A DNA stretch of 64,000 nt from Actinomycetota bacterium (lineage in GTDB: Bacteria > Actinomycetota > Actinomycetes > S36-B12), in the NCBI GenBank assembly GCA_009699015.1, contig WLOY01000001.1, positions 414 through 64,413 of the forward strand, given 5' to 3'. Shown here piece by piece: positions 44,000-54,011 of the stretch; the stretch's first letter is position 1; each line of letters starts with the position of its first letter. Below the pieces are notes generated by a model that made no database searches, had not been told where the DNA came from, and saw only the letters and a program-made list of their open reading frames with translations. The translations under genes and the position numbers were made by a program.

Positions 44000-45523
44000 C
44001 TATCCCAGCTTAAATTTCTGCACCTTCCCCGACATCGTTCGGGGCAGTGGCGTTTGCGTGAACTCGAAGATTCTGGGCACCTTAAACGAGGCGAGCTGGG
44101 TCCTCAATTCGACGATGAGCGTGCCCTCGTCCAATATCTCGCCCGGTTTGAGAACAATTACCGCCTTACCGATCTCTCCCCATTCGACATCGGGGACCGG
44201 TATGACGGCAACCTCCTGTACCTCGGGGCGCTGCTCGATGAGCTGCTCGATCTCAGCCGGATACACATTGAGTCCGCCCGTAAGGATCATGTCCTTCGCA
44301 CGGCCAGTGATGTAGACGAAGCCGTCCTCATCAACACGAGCGAGATCACCCGTGTGTAGCCATCCATCTTTGAGGGTCTTCGCTGTGGATTCCGGATCTT
44401 GGTAATAGCCGACGGTGATGGCCGGCGACTTACAAATGATCTCCCCGACCTCGTTCACGTTGGTATCAGCTCCACTTTCATCGACGACGCGAACTTCCGC
44501 CGCACGACAAGCCTTACCCACAGACCCTGCCTTCGACTTCGCATCATCAGCAGACAGCCACAGCATCATTGTCGGGAACTCGCTCATGCCGTATGCCTGC
44601 TGCAGATGGCAGGTGGGAATGCGTTCGTGAAGCGTGTGAATTGCGGCGACCGGCACCGGCTCGCCACCACTGAGAATGAGCCTCAGTGACCTCAGATCGT
44701 GCTGTTCGAGGTGCTCATATGCAAGAACTCGCCTCAGGACAGTCGGGACAAGCAGAACCGTGGTGACCTTGTACTTTTCGACGGACGTCGCAAAGTCCTC
44801 CGCCTCGAAGGTGCCTGTCGGATGCAAGACCAACTGCCCTCCGGACCAGAGAGTCGCAATCGCAAAATCGTGGAAGCCCGCGATCCATCCGAGTGCAGGA
44901 AGGATCATGTAGACGTCGTCTACCGTGACACCGAACTCAGGCAGTTGGTAGAAGGAATTCCAAAGAACCGTGGAGTGCGTGTGCATCGCCCCCTTCGGCC
45001 GGCCTGTCGTTCCGGAGGTGTACTGCAGGAGGAACAAGTCGTTCACGTCAACGTCCACCGCGACCCCGCCGTGGGCGCTCGCCACGACTGACTCATACCC
45101 AAGGGCCAGATCGGCCTCCGTGTCCATCACCACGTAGGTTCGACCATCTCCAACCGTACGGATTCCTTCGAACATCTCCCAGAACCGCTTCTCGGTAATG
45201 ACCCAATTGGCACCACTGTCCTGAAGGATGTGTTCCACCTCGCGTTCGCGCAGGAGATGATTCACCGGCACGAGGACCCCGCCCAACTTGGCGAGGGCGA
45301 AGAAGATTTCGATCCATTCCGGGCGGTTGACCATCATGACCGCTACCCGGTCGCCTTTCGCAAACCCCGCGAGTTGTAACCCGCAAGCCAACCTGTCGGA
45401 GCGCTCGTCCAGCTCCTCATAGGTGATGGCGCGCTCGCCGAAGTGCACCGCGATGCCTCGCTCATTGATTCGCTGGCTCGTCCTGGTCTTCCGGAGAACA
45501 TCGGCAATCGTGTAGTTGTTCAT
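44000..45523 (-). CDS. AMP-dependent acyl-CoA synthetase/ligase
   Basis: Start MNNYTIAD overlaps the SDR stop (ATGA). YTSGTTGRPKGA, TGDLA, PRTMSGKVQK. Close paralog of 56969-58510. Confidence 0.9.
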   Translation of the reverse strand: MNNYTIADVLRKTRTSQRINERGIAVHFGERAITYEELDERSDRLACGLQLAGFAKGDRVAVMMVNRPEWIEIFFALAKLGGVLVPVNHLLREREVEHILQDSGANWVITEKRFWEMFEGIRTVGDGRTYVVMDTEADLALGYESVVASAHGGVAVDVDVNDLFLLQYTSGTTGRPKGAMHTHSTVLWNSFYQLPEFGVTVDDVYMILPALGWIAGFHDFAIATLWSGGQLVLHPTGTFEAEDFATSVEKYKVTTVLLVPTVLRRVLAYEHLEQHDLRSLRLILSGGEPVPVAAIHTLHERIPTCHLQQAYGMSEFPTMMLWLSADDAKSKAGSVGKACRAAEVRVVDESGADTNVNEVGEIICKSPAITVGYYQDPESTAKTLKDGWLHTGDLARVDEDGFVYITGRAKDMILTGGLNVYPAEIEQLIEQRPEVQEVAVIPVPDVEWGEIGKAVIVLKPGEILDEGTLIVELRTQLASFKVPRIFEFTQTPLPRTMSGKVQKFKLG

Positions 45524-46341
45524 TCCAATCTGCCCTTGCTGGTACTCGTTGCCCCTGCAATGCCGATGAACCGTTCGACCGGCTCGGTGACAAGCGTGAA
45601 GCCCCCATCCGCCACGATCACCTGACCCCGGATCCATCGTGATGCCGGCGATGCGAGAAAGTCGATGATCCGGCCGATGTCCTCCGGGGTACCGACCCTT
45701 CCTGCCGGGGTCCTCTCAATCCACTCACGTTCCATCTCGGGCCAGCGCAAACCCGCGTAGTGCCGGGAAGAGTCGGTGTCGACCGGACCAGGAGCAACAG
45801 CGTTGACGGCAATATCCACAGGCGCCAGTTCTACCGCCAAGCTTCGGACGAGTGCCTCAAGGGCCGCCTTGGCTGCCCCGAGGAGACCATGATTACTGGT
45901 CGCCCGCTGCGTATCGATTCCCGAGACGGCGACAATCGAGCCTGGTCGACCTGCCATGAGCGGAACGGACTCTTGAACCAGTTGCACAAATGAGTTCACC
46001 GTGACGGCCATTGTCCTGGAGAGATGATGCTGGCCGAGGTTGAGGATCGGCTTTGGGACGGTGGCAGCAGCATTGGCGACGAGCACGTCCAGCCGTCCGA
46101 ACTCATCACCGACGGCTCGCAGAGTGGTCGTGATATCAGAAGCCTCTTCGAGGTCGATGCGGGCCACCATAGAGCGGGCATCCATCTGGCTCAGGAGGTC
46201 CTGAACCTCGCAGGCCGCAGCATGATCGCGCTTGTATCCGATGACGACGGTGTGACCCGATTGACCAAGGGCCAACGCGGCAGCACGGCCGATGCCTCTT
46301 GAACCACCCGTTATGAGTGCCACCGGAGCGTGTTCGGTCAC
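45520..46341 (-). CDS. SDR oxidoreductase
   Basis: ITGGSRGIGRA, NAA, and C-terminal WIRGQVIVADGG. GTG start overlapping the upstream stop. Confidence 0.9.
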   Translation of the reverse strand: MTEHAPVALITGGSRGIGRAAALALGQSGHTVVIGYKRDHAAACEVQDLLSQMDARSMVARIDLEEASDITTTLRAVGDEFGRLDVLVANAAATVPKPILNLGQHHLSRTMAVTVNSFVQLVQESVPLMAGRPGSIVAVSGIDTQRATSNHGLLGAAKAALEALVRSLAVELAPVDIAVNAVAPGPVDTDSSRHYAGLRWPEMEREWIERTPAGRVGTPEDIGRIIDFLASPASRWIRGQVIVADGGFTLVTEPVERFIGIAGATSTSKGRLE

Positions 46342-46712
46342 GATTCCCCGCCGGTGTATTTATCGGTAAGACTCGAGAAGAACCACGCCTGCGGGAGTCC
46401 CTCGAATACATCAAGCCTTCCGATAACCGGATCGCGCCCGGCCGCGAGGGCTTCAACGCGCTCCTCCCCTTGCCACTTCATCGCGGCCTGCGCCTCGGCA
46501 AGCCTGCCCTCGGGAATCCAGTAGAGCGCCATGTACTTATACGGTGCATCAACCTCTCGGTGGACCCCAGCTAGAACGAACCGCTGCGCGGACTCGATGG
46601 GGTCGAGCTTGTCCACGAGTTCGACGATGTGGACATTGCTGTACCAGTCGTTGAACGCCTCCTCCAATTCAGGCTTGGCGTTACTCAGCACCATCATCAA
46701 GTGCTCCGGCAT
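46338..46712 (-). CDS. hypothetical small protein (possibly dimeric alpha/beta-barrel, EthD-like)
   Basis: 124 aa, translationally coupled to the SDR. The family guess rests only on size and the N-terminal MMVLSNAKPELEEAFNDWY pattern. Confidence 0.45.
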   Translation of the reverse strand: MPEHLMMVLSNAKPELEEAFNDWYSNVHIVELVDKLDPIESAQRFVLAGVHREVDAPYKYMALYWIPEGRLAEAQAAMKWQGEERVEALAAGRDPVIGRLDVFEGLPQAWFFSSLTDKYTGGES

Positions 46713-46760
46713 GGCCTCCTCCTTCCTGTAATCGTGATGCCTGACGAGACTCGTGGTGAA

Positions 46761-47684
46761 TTACAGCACCGCAATCGCATTCGCTGGCGAGCTGAGCCCA
46801 CCGGGAATCGACAGAGGGACCGCGACGAATTGGAACTCGTAACGATCGATGGCCGCGCAGGCCGTGGCCAACAATTCAAAATCAAGTAATTCCCCGATGA
46901 CAAATCCGAGCATGGGCAACAGCTTCCGGTGCAGGAATCCGTCCTCCGGGCGTGCAGGCACGCACTCGAATCCAGGATTGTCGATCGTCACTGCAGCCGA
47001 GCCGCTATCCCACAGGAATCGTGCCATGTCATCATTGGCCCGAAGCCCGATGAACCGAGCAGACAAGTCGGATGAGCCGCGCTCGGCGACCGTCAAGCCC
47101 CGGTAGCCAGCAACCCAACCAGTCCGGATGCACAGGATGTCACCGCTTCGAAACGTGACCCCCTGAGTCACCGCCACTTCCAGCAAGGTCTCGGCCTCAA
47201 TCGGTTGACCCGCAAACGGATCCAACGGTCTACCCTGGCCTTGCGCCCATCGAGCGACATCGAGCAGAACTCCCCTACCCACGATGCCGCGCTGAGCCAG
47301 GTGCTCGATGCTCAGAGCATCTCCCGCCGATTTCAGGTCAGTAATTCCGCCGTAGAACCCACGCTCACGGGCGCGCACGTGTCGAAAGCCATCCCATTGT
47401 GAGGAGCATTGGGGGTTGTACGAGTCGAGAACATCCTCGAACTCATTGCGGCCCGTGGCGTGAACTGAATGCCGCCATTGCTCCCGCCCGAATAGCGGCG
47501 GCTGAATTTCGCCCAGAGATAGATTGAGGGGAATCGCCTGACCGAGGGTCACGGTCGCTGCTGAAGCAACGATGGCATCCTGAGTGATGCGCGAAAGGGT
47601 CCCAAGGTTCGGATCAAGAAGGCCCCACGAATGGGGCATCCCCAAGACCTCGTCAACGGGGAGATCGTCGTACCGCGTGGTCAT
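46761..47684 (-). CDS. cyclase-family protein, paralog 3
   Basis: 307 aa. SSQWDGFRHV, GRGVLLDV, GDILCIRTGW, and C-terminal PGGLSSPANAIAVL. Confidence 0.75.
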   Translation of the reverse strand: MTTRYDDLPVDEVLGMPHSWGLLDPNLGTLSRITQDAIVASAATVTLGQAIPLNLSLGEIQPPLFGREQWRHSVHATGRNEFEDVLDSYNPQCSSQWDGFRHVRARERGFYGGITDLKSAGDALSIEHLAQRGIVGRGVLLDVARWAQGQGRPLDPFAGQPIEAETLLEVAVTQGVTFRSGDILCIRTGWVAGYRGLTVAERGSSDLSARFIGLRANDDMARFLWDSGSAAVTIDNPGFECVPARPEDGFLHRKLLPMLGFVIGELLDFELLATACAAIDRYEFQFVAVPLSIPGGLSSPANAIAVL

Positions 47685-47729
47685 GGTCGAGTCGTTCGCA
47701 AGGAATCACGCCACCCCATACTGATGAAG

Positions 47730-47757
47730 GCCATCGCCCGCATGTGGTGGCGATGGC
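47730..47757 (-). terminator. hairpin GCCATCGCC-N10-GGCGATGGC after the TetR gene
   Basis: 9-bp perfect stem, 14 nt past the stop at 47772. Confidence 0.5.
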
Positions 47758-47771
47758 TAGGGCCAGGGTGA

Positions 47772-48440
47772 CTACTGATTACGCGCTCCGCATGCCCGCA
47801 GTGCAAATTCGACATATGCCGAGGCAACCTGTTCAGGTCCCATCTTCGAGCCAGCGCTGTACCAGTCAGGGATTCCGGTAAAGGCGGCCCAGATGAACAG
47901 GGATGCCATGCGCGGGTCGACGTCCACATCAAGATCGCCTTCGTCCTGACCGGCACTGATGAGTTTACGCAAGCTTCGATCGTAATAGCGCTGTTGTTCC
48001 AAGAGTGAGGAGCGCGAAGAGTCCGACGCATAGCGCCACTCGCGCGAGTACAGACCAGCGCGCTCAAGGTGCGTGAGTGTCCACATGGCGTAGTCGTGCA
48101 GGAAGCGGGTCAGCCGTACAACTGCGGCACCTTCGCCATCCGTCGCCTCCTTCGTGAACTTCATGAGGTCGTCATGAGAGTCCTCAAAGATCTTGTCCAG
48201 CAGGCTCTCTTTTGAATCGATGTAGTAATAGAGGCTGCCCTTGAGCATCCCCAGTGCATCGGCGACGTCCTGAACCGAGGCGCTTGCGTAGCCCTTCTCC
48301 CAGAAGATCTGAATCGCAACGTCGATGACCTCGCGATCACGCGCACGTTCTCCGTTAAGAGACCCAGTGGTTGATCTCTTGGGCTTCCGTGTGACCTTTG
48401 GGGAGCGCTTGGAGCTAGCGTCCGGCTGGTTCGATGCCAT
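47772..48440 (-). CDS. TetR-family transcriptional regulator
   Basis: VIDVAIQIFWEKGYASASVQDVADALGMLKGSLYYYIDSKESLL is a canonical TetR HTH. Confidence 0.9.
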   Translation of the reverse strand: MASNQPDASSKRSPKVTRKPKRSTTGSLNGERARDREVIDVAIQIFWEKGYASASVQDVADALGMLKGSLYYYIDSKESLLDKIFEDSHDDLMKFTKEATDGEGAAVVRLTRFLHDYAMWTLTHLERAGLYSREWRYASDSSRSSLLEQQRYYDRSLRKLISAGQDEGDLDVDVDPRMASLFIWAAFTGIPDWYSAGSKMGPEQVASAYVEFALRACGARNQ

Positions 48441-48540
48441 CTTGTCCCTTCCGACGATCTGCTACGGCACAACAGTGCGCTCCGGCCAACACTTTAATCC
48501 CCACGAGCAGCGCCCGTTGGAGAAGTCACACGGCCGTCCC

Positions 48541-49926
48541 TCATCGAGAGTTCCCTTCCCAGCCAGGAAGGAAGGTCTCCTCGATCCAGCGGGTGGTGAT
48601 CGGCTCCGTTCTGAATCCCTCATCCTCCACGATCGATCGGTGGAGGGGGGCGGTCGTGGACACTCCGTCAATTCGCAAGCGGTCAAGGGCACGTGCCATG
48701 AGCCGGAGCGCCGCGGGACGGTCGAGAGCATGAACGATCAACTTCGCGACCATCGAGTCATAGTGGGGCGGGATTTGCACGCCCGACTGTACGAACGTGT
48801 CGACTCGAATCCCCTCTCCTTGTGGCGCCACCCACTCCAGTATGAGGCCGGGATTCGGCATGAAGTTTGCCCGCGGGTCCTCCGCATTGATACGGCACTC
48901 AATGCTGTGTCCCGAAATGGAAACCTCGGACTGGGTGAACCACAGTGGTTCGCCCTGCGCGATGCGCAACTGCGCACGAACAATGTCGACGCCGGTCACC
49001 ATCTCCGTCACGGGGTGCTCGACCTGCACTCGGGCATTGAGCTCTAGGTACAAGAAGTCTTGGCGATCAACGTCAACGAGGAACTCAATGGTTCCCGCTC
49101 CAACATAGTCAAGTTCCTTCGCGAGCGAAACTGCCGCAGACCGCATCGCCTCGATGAGCTCAATCGGAAGCGCAACTGCGGGGGCCTCTTCGATGAGCTT
49201 TTGATGCCGACGCTGTGCGCTGCAGTCTCGCTCTCCCAGGTGAATGACGTTTCCATAATGGTCAGCAAGAACCTGCACCTCGATGTGGCGGGCATGTTCG
49301 ACGTAGCGTTCGAGGTAGACCGTCCCATCACCAAAGGCCATAAGCGCCTCTTGCTTCGAGGTTTCAAAGGATCGTTCCAACTGGGCGGTGTCTCGAACGA
49401 TCGTCATGCCTCGACCACCACCGCCTGCCGACGCCTTGAGAATGTATGGGAACGCATCAAGCCGAAGTGCCGCTTCGACGGCAGCCTCGAGGGAGTCGAG
49501 TCCCTGCGTCCCCCCACCCGTGGGAATACCTAGGTGGACGGCGACCTCACGTGACTTCAGCTTGTCACCGGACCGACGCATGACGTTCCCTGGTGGGCCG
49601 ACGAATACGAGCCCGTGCTCCTCACAGGCTTCCGCCAACTCTGGACGTTCTGAAAGGAATCCGTAACCAGGATGGATGGCGTCACACCCTGATGCAAGGG
49701 CTGCGGCAACAATCCGTTCAACCGAGAGATAGCTCTCCTGGGCCGACGCAGGCCCAATGACCACCACCCCGTCCGCCAACCGTGCAGCAAGGGTGCCCTT
49801 ATCTGCCTCCGAAGCGGCGACGATGGATTCCAGCTCCTCGTCGAAACAGGCCCGCACGATTCGCACGGCGATCTCACCGCGATTCGCTACAAGGACGCGT
49901 CGAAAGGGACGATGCTTCACGCTCAC
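48541..49926 (-). CDS. biotin carboxylase subunit (ATP-grasp)
   Basis: RVLVANRGEIAVRIVRAC, ASAGGGGRGM, and EHPVTE. GTG start at 49926/49920 inferred; the ORF extension to 50130 overlaps the crotonase gene. Confidence 0.9.
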   Translation of the reverse strand: MSVKHRPFRRVLVANRGEIAVRIVRACFDEELESIVAASEADKGTLAARLADGVVVIGPASAQESYLSVERIVAAALASGCDAIHPGYGFLSERPELAEACEEHGLVFVGPPGNVMRRSGDKLKSREVAVHLGIPTGGGTQGLDSLEAAVEAALRLDAFPYILKASAGGGGRGMTIVRDTAQLERSFETSKQEALMAFGDGTVYLERYVEHARHIEVQVLADHYGNVIHLGERDCSAQRRHQKLIEEAPAVALPIELIEAMRSAAVSLAKELDYVGAGTIEFLVDVDRQDFLYLELNARVQVEHPVTEMVTGVDIVRAQLRIAQGEPLWFTQSEVSISGHSIECRINAEDPRANFMPNPGLILEWVAPQGEGIRVDTFVQSGVQIPPHYDSMVAKLIVHALDRPAALRLMARALDRLRIDGVSTTAPLHRSIVEDEGFRTEPITTRWIEETFLPGWEGNSR

Positions 49927-49987
49927 GTTGCCAACCGCTCTGCACTTGGGCTCATCGATCCGCTCACCCGGTGACAATCCCTTTGGG

Positions 49988-50788
49988 TCAGGTACCGTTG
50001 AAGACAGCTGGACGCTTCTCAGCGAACGCCGACAGGCCCTCGCGATGATCAGCCGATGCTCGGCAAACCGCTTGAGAGAATCCCTCCAGCTCTGACATCT
50101 GCTCGAGCGACTGCTGCCACGATTGATCAACGAGATTCTTCGTCATGGCCAACGCAACAGTTGCCCCGGAGGCCAGACTGCGCGCCGACGTGGTCGCAAT
50201 CTCCATCAACTCAGCAGCCGGCACAGCCTGGGCGATAAGGCCCATTGCCAGTGCGTCGAGAGCGTTGAACCGGCGACCCGTGAGGAGGAGTTCCTTCGCC
50301 CGAGCTGTCCCGACAATTCGCGGCAGAAAATGGAGCACCCCGCAGTCTGGTACCAATCCGCGATGGACGTAGCCGAGCGACATCTGCGCATCTTCTGCAG
50401 CAATGACGATGTCGCATGCCAAGGCCAAGCTCAGTCCACCACCGTGCGCATGGCCGTTGACGGCAGCAATCACGGGTTTGGGTAACTGAGCGAGTGGTAT
50501 GAACACGGACTTCAGCAAGTGGTCCTGTCGCATCCGAGCACGTTCTGGAGATAGATCGGGATCCATCTCGGACAGATCGCCTCCCGCGCAGAACGCGCGT
50601 CCGGCACCTGTGATGAGCACCGCTCGGATGCTGTTGTCGTACCTGACATCATCAAGCCATCCAGCCAATGCGCGCTTCAAGTCCATGTTCAAGGAGTTGA
50701 GCGCCTCGGGCCGATTGAGGGTCACGGTCGCCAGACCGTCCTCAACGCGAACGTCGAGGACGTCCGAGCTACTCATCAGCTGGACCAT
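49988..50788 (-). CDS. enoyl-CoA hydratase/isomerase (crotonase)
   Basis: RPEALNSL, FCAGGD, and NGHAHGGGLSLALACD. AAGGTGA RBS before the ATG at 50788. Confidence 0.85.
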   Translation of the reverse strand: MVQLMSSSDVLDVRVEDGLATVTLNRPEALNSLNMDLKRALAGWLDDVRYDNSIRAVLITGAGRAFCAGGDLSEMDPDLSPERARMRQDHLLKSVFIPLAQLPKPVIAAVNGHAHGGGLSLALACDIVIAAEDAQMSLGYVHRGLVPDCGVLHFLPRIVGTARAKELLLTGRRFNALDALAMGLIAQAVPAAELMEIATTSARSLASGATVALAMTKNLVDQSWQQSLEQMSELEGFSQAVCRASADHREGLSAFAEKRPAVFNGT

Positions 50789-51713
50789 CGATCACCTTGA
50801 AGAAGTCGATGTCGCTGAGGCTTCCCGTCCTGCGATCACTCCAAACTGCCTGAACTCGTGAACCGGGGTGCACCGATCCCGAGCGTAAGGCTTCCGCAGA
50901 AAGCCCGCCCACCGTGTGGATGAGCCGTGTAGACGTGCCATCAAGGACGATCTCCGCATATACGTATGGCGGTGGGACTCGCTGGCCGATGAACTCAATG
51001 TGCACAACCGAGCACGCTTGAAGCACTCCGGTATCGGGCACATCCACCCAGTCGCCTGTACGAACGAAACACGCCTCGCAGTAAGCCCTCGGCGGCACGA
51101 GGACATTGCGACACGATGGGCACCGCACACCGCGGATTCGCCGGTCGTTCTTAATCCCGTCGAATAGGGAACCATAGAAGTGGCCGTAGGCATGCTGGTA
51201 GTCGAGGACCATCTGGTAGTTCAGCTGTTCGATCGGAGTCGCGGTTTCACCTGCCTCTTCCACCGCATGGACGGGCTCGCTCGGTGCAAGCGCGAAGCCC
51301 ATCAAATCCATGACCGCGCCCTGCGGTTCAGCGGCCCAGACCGCAGTAACCCTCGCCCCCATGCTGAGGGCAGCCGGGTCGCCCTCGACCACTTGGTGCA
51401 GAAAGGGAATGTCAGTGCCATCAAGCAGCACGAGCGCAACCGTTCCCTGATCGGTAACGGTCCAAGCCAGAAGATCGCCGGACGGCGGCACGATGACGAG
51501 GTCGTGAGCGTCACCACCGCAGTCACCGCAGAAGTCCTGCGCAGGAACGCGAATGGTCTCGCATGCCGAACATCGCGTCCCGACAATTCGCTGTTGCGCC
51601 AATTCGGCAAGAAATACCCCCGTAGCGGCTCCCGCCGTCAGGGTGTACGGCATCGAGAGCCGGGCATCCATCGCACCCATGACTTCCCTGGGCAACCCCG
51701 CAGTTGTGGTCAT
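50769..51713 (-). CDS. tandem DUF35 protein (two Zn-ribbon + OB-fold units)
   Basis: Two copies of the module: CSAC...CGDC then an OB fold, and CPSC...CEAC then an OB fold. Confidence 0.75.
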   Translation of the reverse strand: MTTTAGLPREVMGAMDARLSMPYTLTAGAATGVFLAELAQQRIVGTRCSACETIRVPAQDFCGDCGGDAHDLVIVPPSGDLLAWTVTDQGTVALVLLDGTDIPFLHQVVEGDPAALSMGARVTAVWAAEPQGAVMDLMGFALAPSEPVHAVEEAGETATPIEQLNYQMVLDYQHAYGHFYGSLFDGIKNDRRIRGVRCPSCRNVLVPPRAYCEACFVRTGDWVDVPDTGVLQACSVVHIEFIGQRVPPPYVYAEIVLDGTSTRLIHTVGGLSAEALRSGSVHPGSRVQAVWSDRRTGSLSDIDFFKVIDGPADE

Positions 51714-51723
51714 CGAATCCCTC

Positions 51724-52881
51724 TCAGTCCTTAGTCGCGCCGACGACGGCTACACCACGAAGGTTTGCCCAGCCTCCGCCTGCCTGCACAAGCGCAAGTT
51801 CTGCGCCGCCTATCTGGTGTGCCCCAGCCTTACCTGTCACCTGCATTGCGGCTTCCGCCAATCGGATGAGGGCCGTTGCGCCAATCGGGTTCGCTCCCAT
51901 GCATCCACCAGAGGGGTTCACCGGAATATCGCCGCTCATCTCCGTGGCACCTGAAGCGATGAGTTCGGCGGCCCCACCCTCTGGGCAAAGACCGAGCCCC
52001 TCGTAGTAGCTCAACTCAAAGCACGTGTAAGGCTCCTGAAGTTCCGCAACATCGAACTGCCTGCGCGGATTGGTCACTCCGGCATTCTGGTAGACGCGGG
52101 CTGCGGCTACTTTAAGTGGCACTGACTGAAGCATCGATCGGTTCGGGCCGTTGTCTGCTTCCGAGTAGTAAGCCATGCCCCGGATCCATGCGGGCCGGTC
52201 AGTAATCGCCGCGGCATCATCCTCGGCCGCGAGAATCACCGCACATGCGCCGTCCGATATTGGCGGCACATCGAGGAGTTTGATCGGCCAGCAGAGTGGC
52301 TTGGACGCAAGCACTTCCTCGACCGTGACCTCCTTTTTCACATGAGCCTTGGGGTTGAGCATGGCGTTCTTTCGATTCTTGACAGACACCATGGCCGCGG
52401 CTTCCTCGGTATGCCCAAGTTTGTCCATTCGAGCACGCCAATAGGCGGCAGAGAATCCCATGATTCCGACCGCGAATTCTCGCCCCCAGAACGGGTCGTA
52501 CAGCGTTGAAATCGAGGCCTGAAGCGCGCCCTCGGACAACTTGTCATAGGCAACGACGAGGACCCGCCTCGCCAAGCCCGCCTTTATCTGGTTCATTGCC
52601 TGAAGTGCTCCCGCAAGTCCGGTTCCACCACCGCTTGTGACTCTCACCACCGGCTTGTAGCGGGCGCCAAGCGCATCCACGAGCCACTTTTCGGGCTGGT
52701 TCACCGAACCGAACATGGCTGGTCCGCTCGCCACGACTACGGCATCAATGTCGTCCATGCCCAGACCAGCGTCAAGCAGCGCCTCAGTGACGGCCTCGCG
52801 AGCCAAGCCCGCCTGGCTCACATCGAGCCGACGGCGTGAGTGCACCGTCTGGCCTGTACCGACGATTGCGATCTGAGTCAT
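51724..52881 (-). CDS. thiolase-fold protein, SCP-x/Ltp-like, lacking nucleophilic Cys
   Basis: Start MTQIAIVGTGQT overlaps the upstream stop (ATGA). The nucleophile loop reads VTSGGGTGLAGA. C-terminal NPSGGCMGANPIGATA. Confidence 0.8.
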   Translation of the reverse strand: MTQIAIVGTGQTVHSRRRLDVSQAGLAREAVTEALLDAGLGMDDIDAVVVASGPAMFGSVNQPEKWLVDALGARYKPVVRVTSGGGTGLAGALQAMNQIKAGLARRVLVVAYDKLSEGALQASISTLYDPFWGREFAVGIMGFSAAYWRARMDKLGHTEEAAAMVSVKNRKNAMLNPKAHVKKEVTVEEVLASKPLCWPIKLLDVPPISDGACAVILAAEDDAAAITDRPAWIRGMAYYSEADNGPNRSMLQSVPLKVAAARVYQNAGVTNPRRQFDVAELQEPYTCFELSYYEGLGLCPEGGAAELIASGATEMSGDIPVNPSGGCMGANPIGATALIRLAEAAMQVTGKAGAHQIGGAELALVQAGGGWANLRGVAVVGATKD

Positions 52882-54011
52882 GAGGTCTCCAAGGTGACGA
52901 CGCAATGGTTCTGCATACCGATACCGCCGGCGCCATGCGCCAGACCGGTGGTGGCGCCTGTTGGTCCGTGAGCGGATCGGCCCCCCAACTGCGATGCCAC
53001 CTCATGCAGCCGAACGAGTCCCGTCGCCATGACAACATCGGCCGGAAGCGACCCTCCGGAAGCGTTGAGGCCGGGGGCGGAGCCCGGAGCGTACAGGTCC
53101 ATCGCTCGTCCAGGCTCCGCGAGTCCAATCGCCTCAAGCACCATCAATTCCCCAACAGTGGAGCCGGCTGAGACTTCTACTACGTCAAAGTCGCGTGCAC
53201 TCGACGCACCTGACATTCGAAAGGCATTCGCGGCGGCTGCTGCTGCTGCTGGGAAAGATGTGGCATCGCGAGCAGCTAGGAAATGCTGGTCAATCGCGGA
53301 TCCCATCCCCGTGATCCAAACCGGCCTATTGGTGACCTGACGAGCGACATGCTCCGCGGCAACCACAAGCGCTACCGCCCCGTCAACTGGTCGCGCCATG
53401 TCGCGGCGACGGAGCGGTGTGGCCACGAACTCCTCCCAGTAAGGATCGGCGAGCATCGCGTGTTTTGCGTCGACCCAAGAGTTGTCACTCGCCGCCGCCC
53501 ACGCCCGATCACTCACCGCACGCAGGGCCTCCGGATCGATTCCATACCGAGCGAGGTAACGCTGCGCATAGAGGCCCGCGGCCGAATGCTGGTCAAGGCC
53601 AACTGGACGTTGGGTGAATGGCTCCGCGAGCGTGGACCAGAAGTTTCGCGGGTCACTTTCCGAAGACTTCGAGTAGGCGACCACGAGGCCGACAGATCCA
53701 GAGCCTGCGAGGATCTTCGTCGTGGCGTACACCGCCGACCACAGGCCATCCTCCTCGACCCGTGATTCCTCTTTGTGGTGAGCACCCATGGCTCCAAGGA
53801 AGCCGCAGTTGGAGATGCTCCTGCCGTCTAGAAAGTCGCTTCCCGAATCAATGACGAAATCGACATCCGCCATTCGAAGCCCGGTGCCCAGGAGCGCCTG
53901 AGATACGGCCTGGGTGATCAGGTCAACGTGCTGGCGGTCGGACCACGCGCCCCTGAATTCTGTCTGCGCGCTCCCCACCACCGCCGCGCGATTCTTCATA
54001 TCTGTGCCCAT
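52878..54011 (-). CDS. thiolase-fold partner subunit (Cys-less)
   Basis: AAVVGSAQTEF N-terminus and C-terminal NASGGSLPADVVMATG. Start at 54011 or 53999 is uncertain. Confidence 0.7.
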   Translation of the reverse strand: MGTDMKNRAAVVGSAQTEFRGAWSDRQHVDLITQAVSQALLGTGLRMADVDFVIDSGSDFLDGRSISNCGFLGAMGAHHKEESRVEEDGLWSAVYATTKILAGSGSVGLVVAYSKSSESDPRNFWSTLAEPFTQRPVGLDQHSAAGLYAQRYLARYGIDPEALRAVSDRAWAAASDNSWVDAKHAMLADPYWEEFVATPLRRRDMARPVDGAVALVVAAEHVARQVTNRPVWITGMGSAIDQHFLAARDATSFPAAAAAAANAFRMSGASSARDFDVVEVSAGSTVGELMVLEAIGLAEPGRAMDLYAPGSAPGLNASGGSLPADVVMATGLVRLHEVASQLGGRSAHGPTGATTGLAHGAGGIGMQNHCVVTLETS

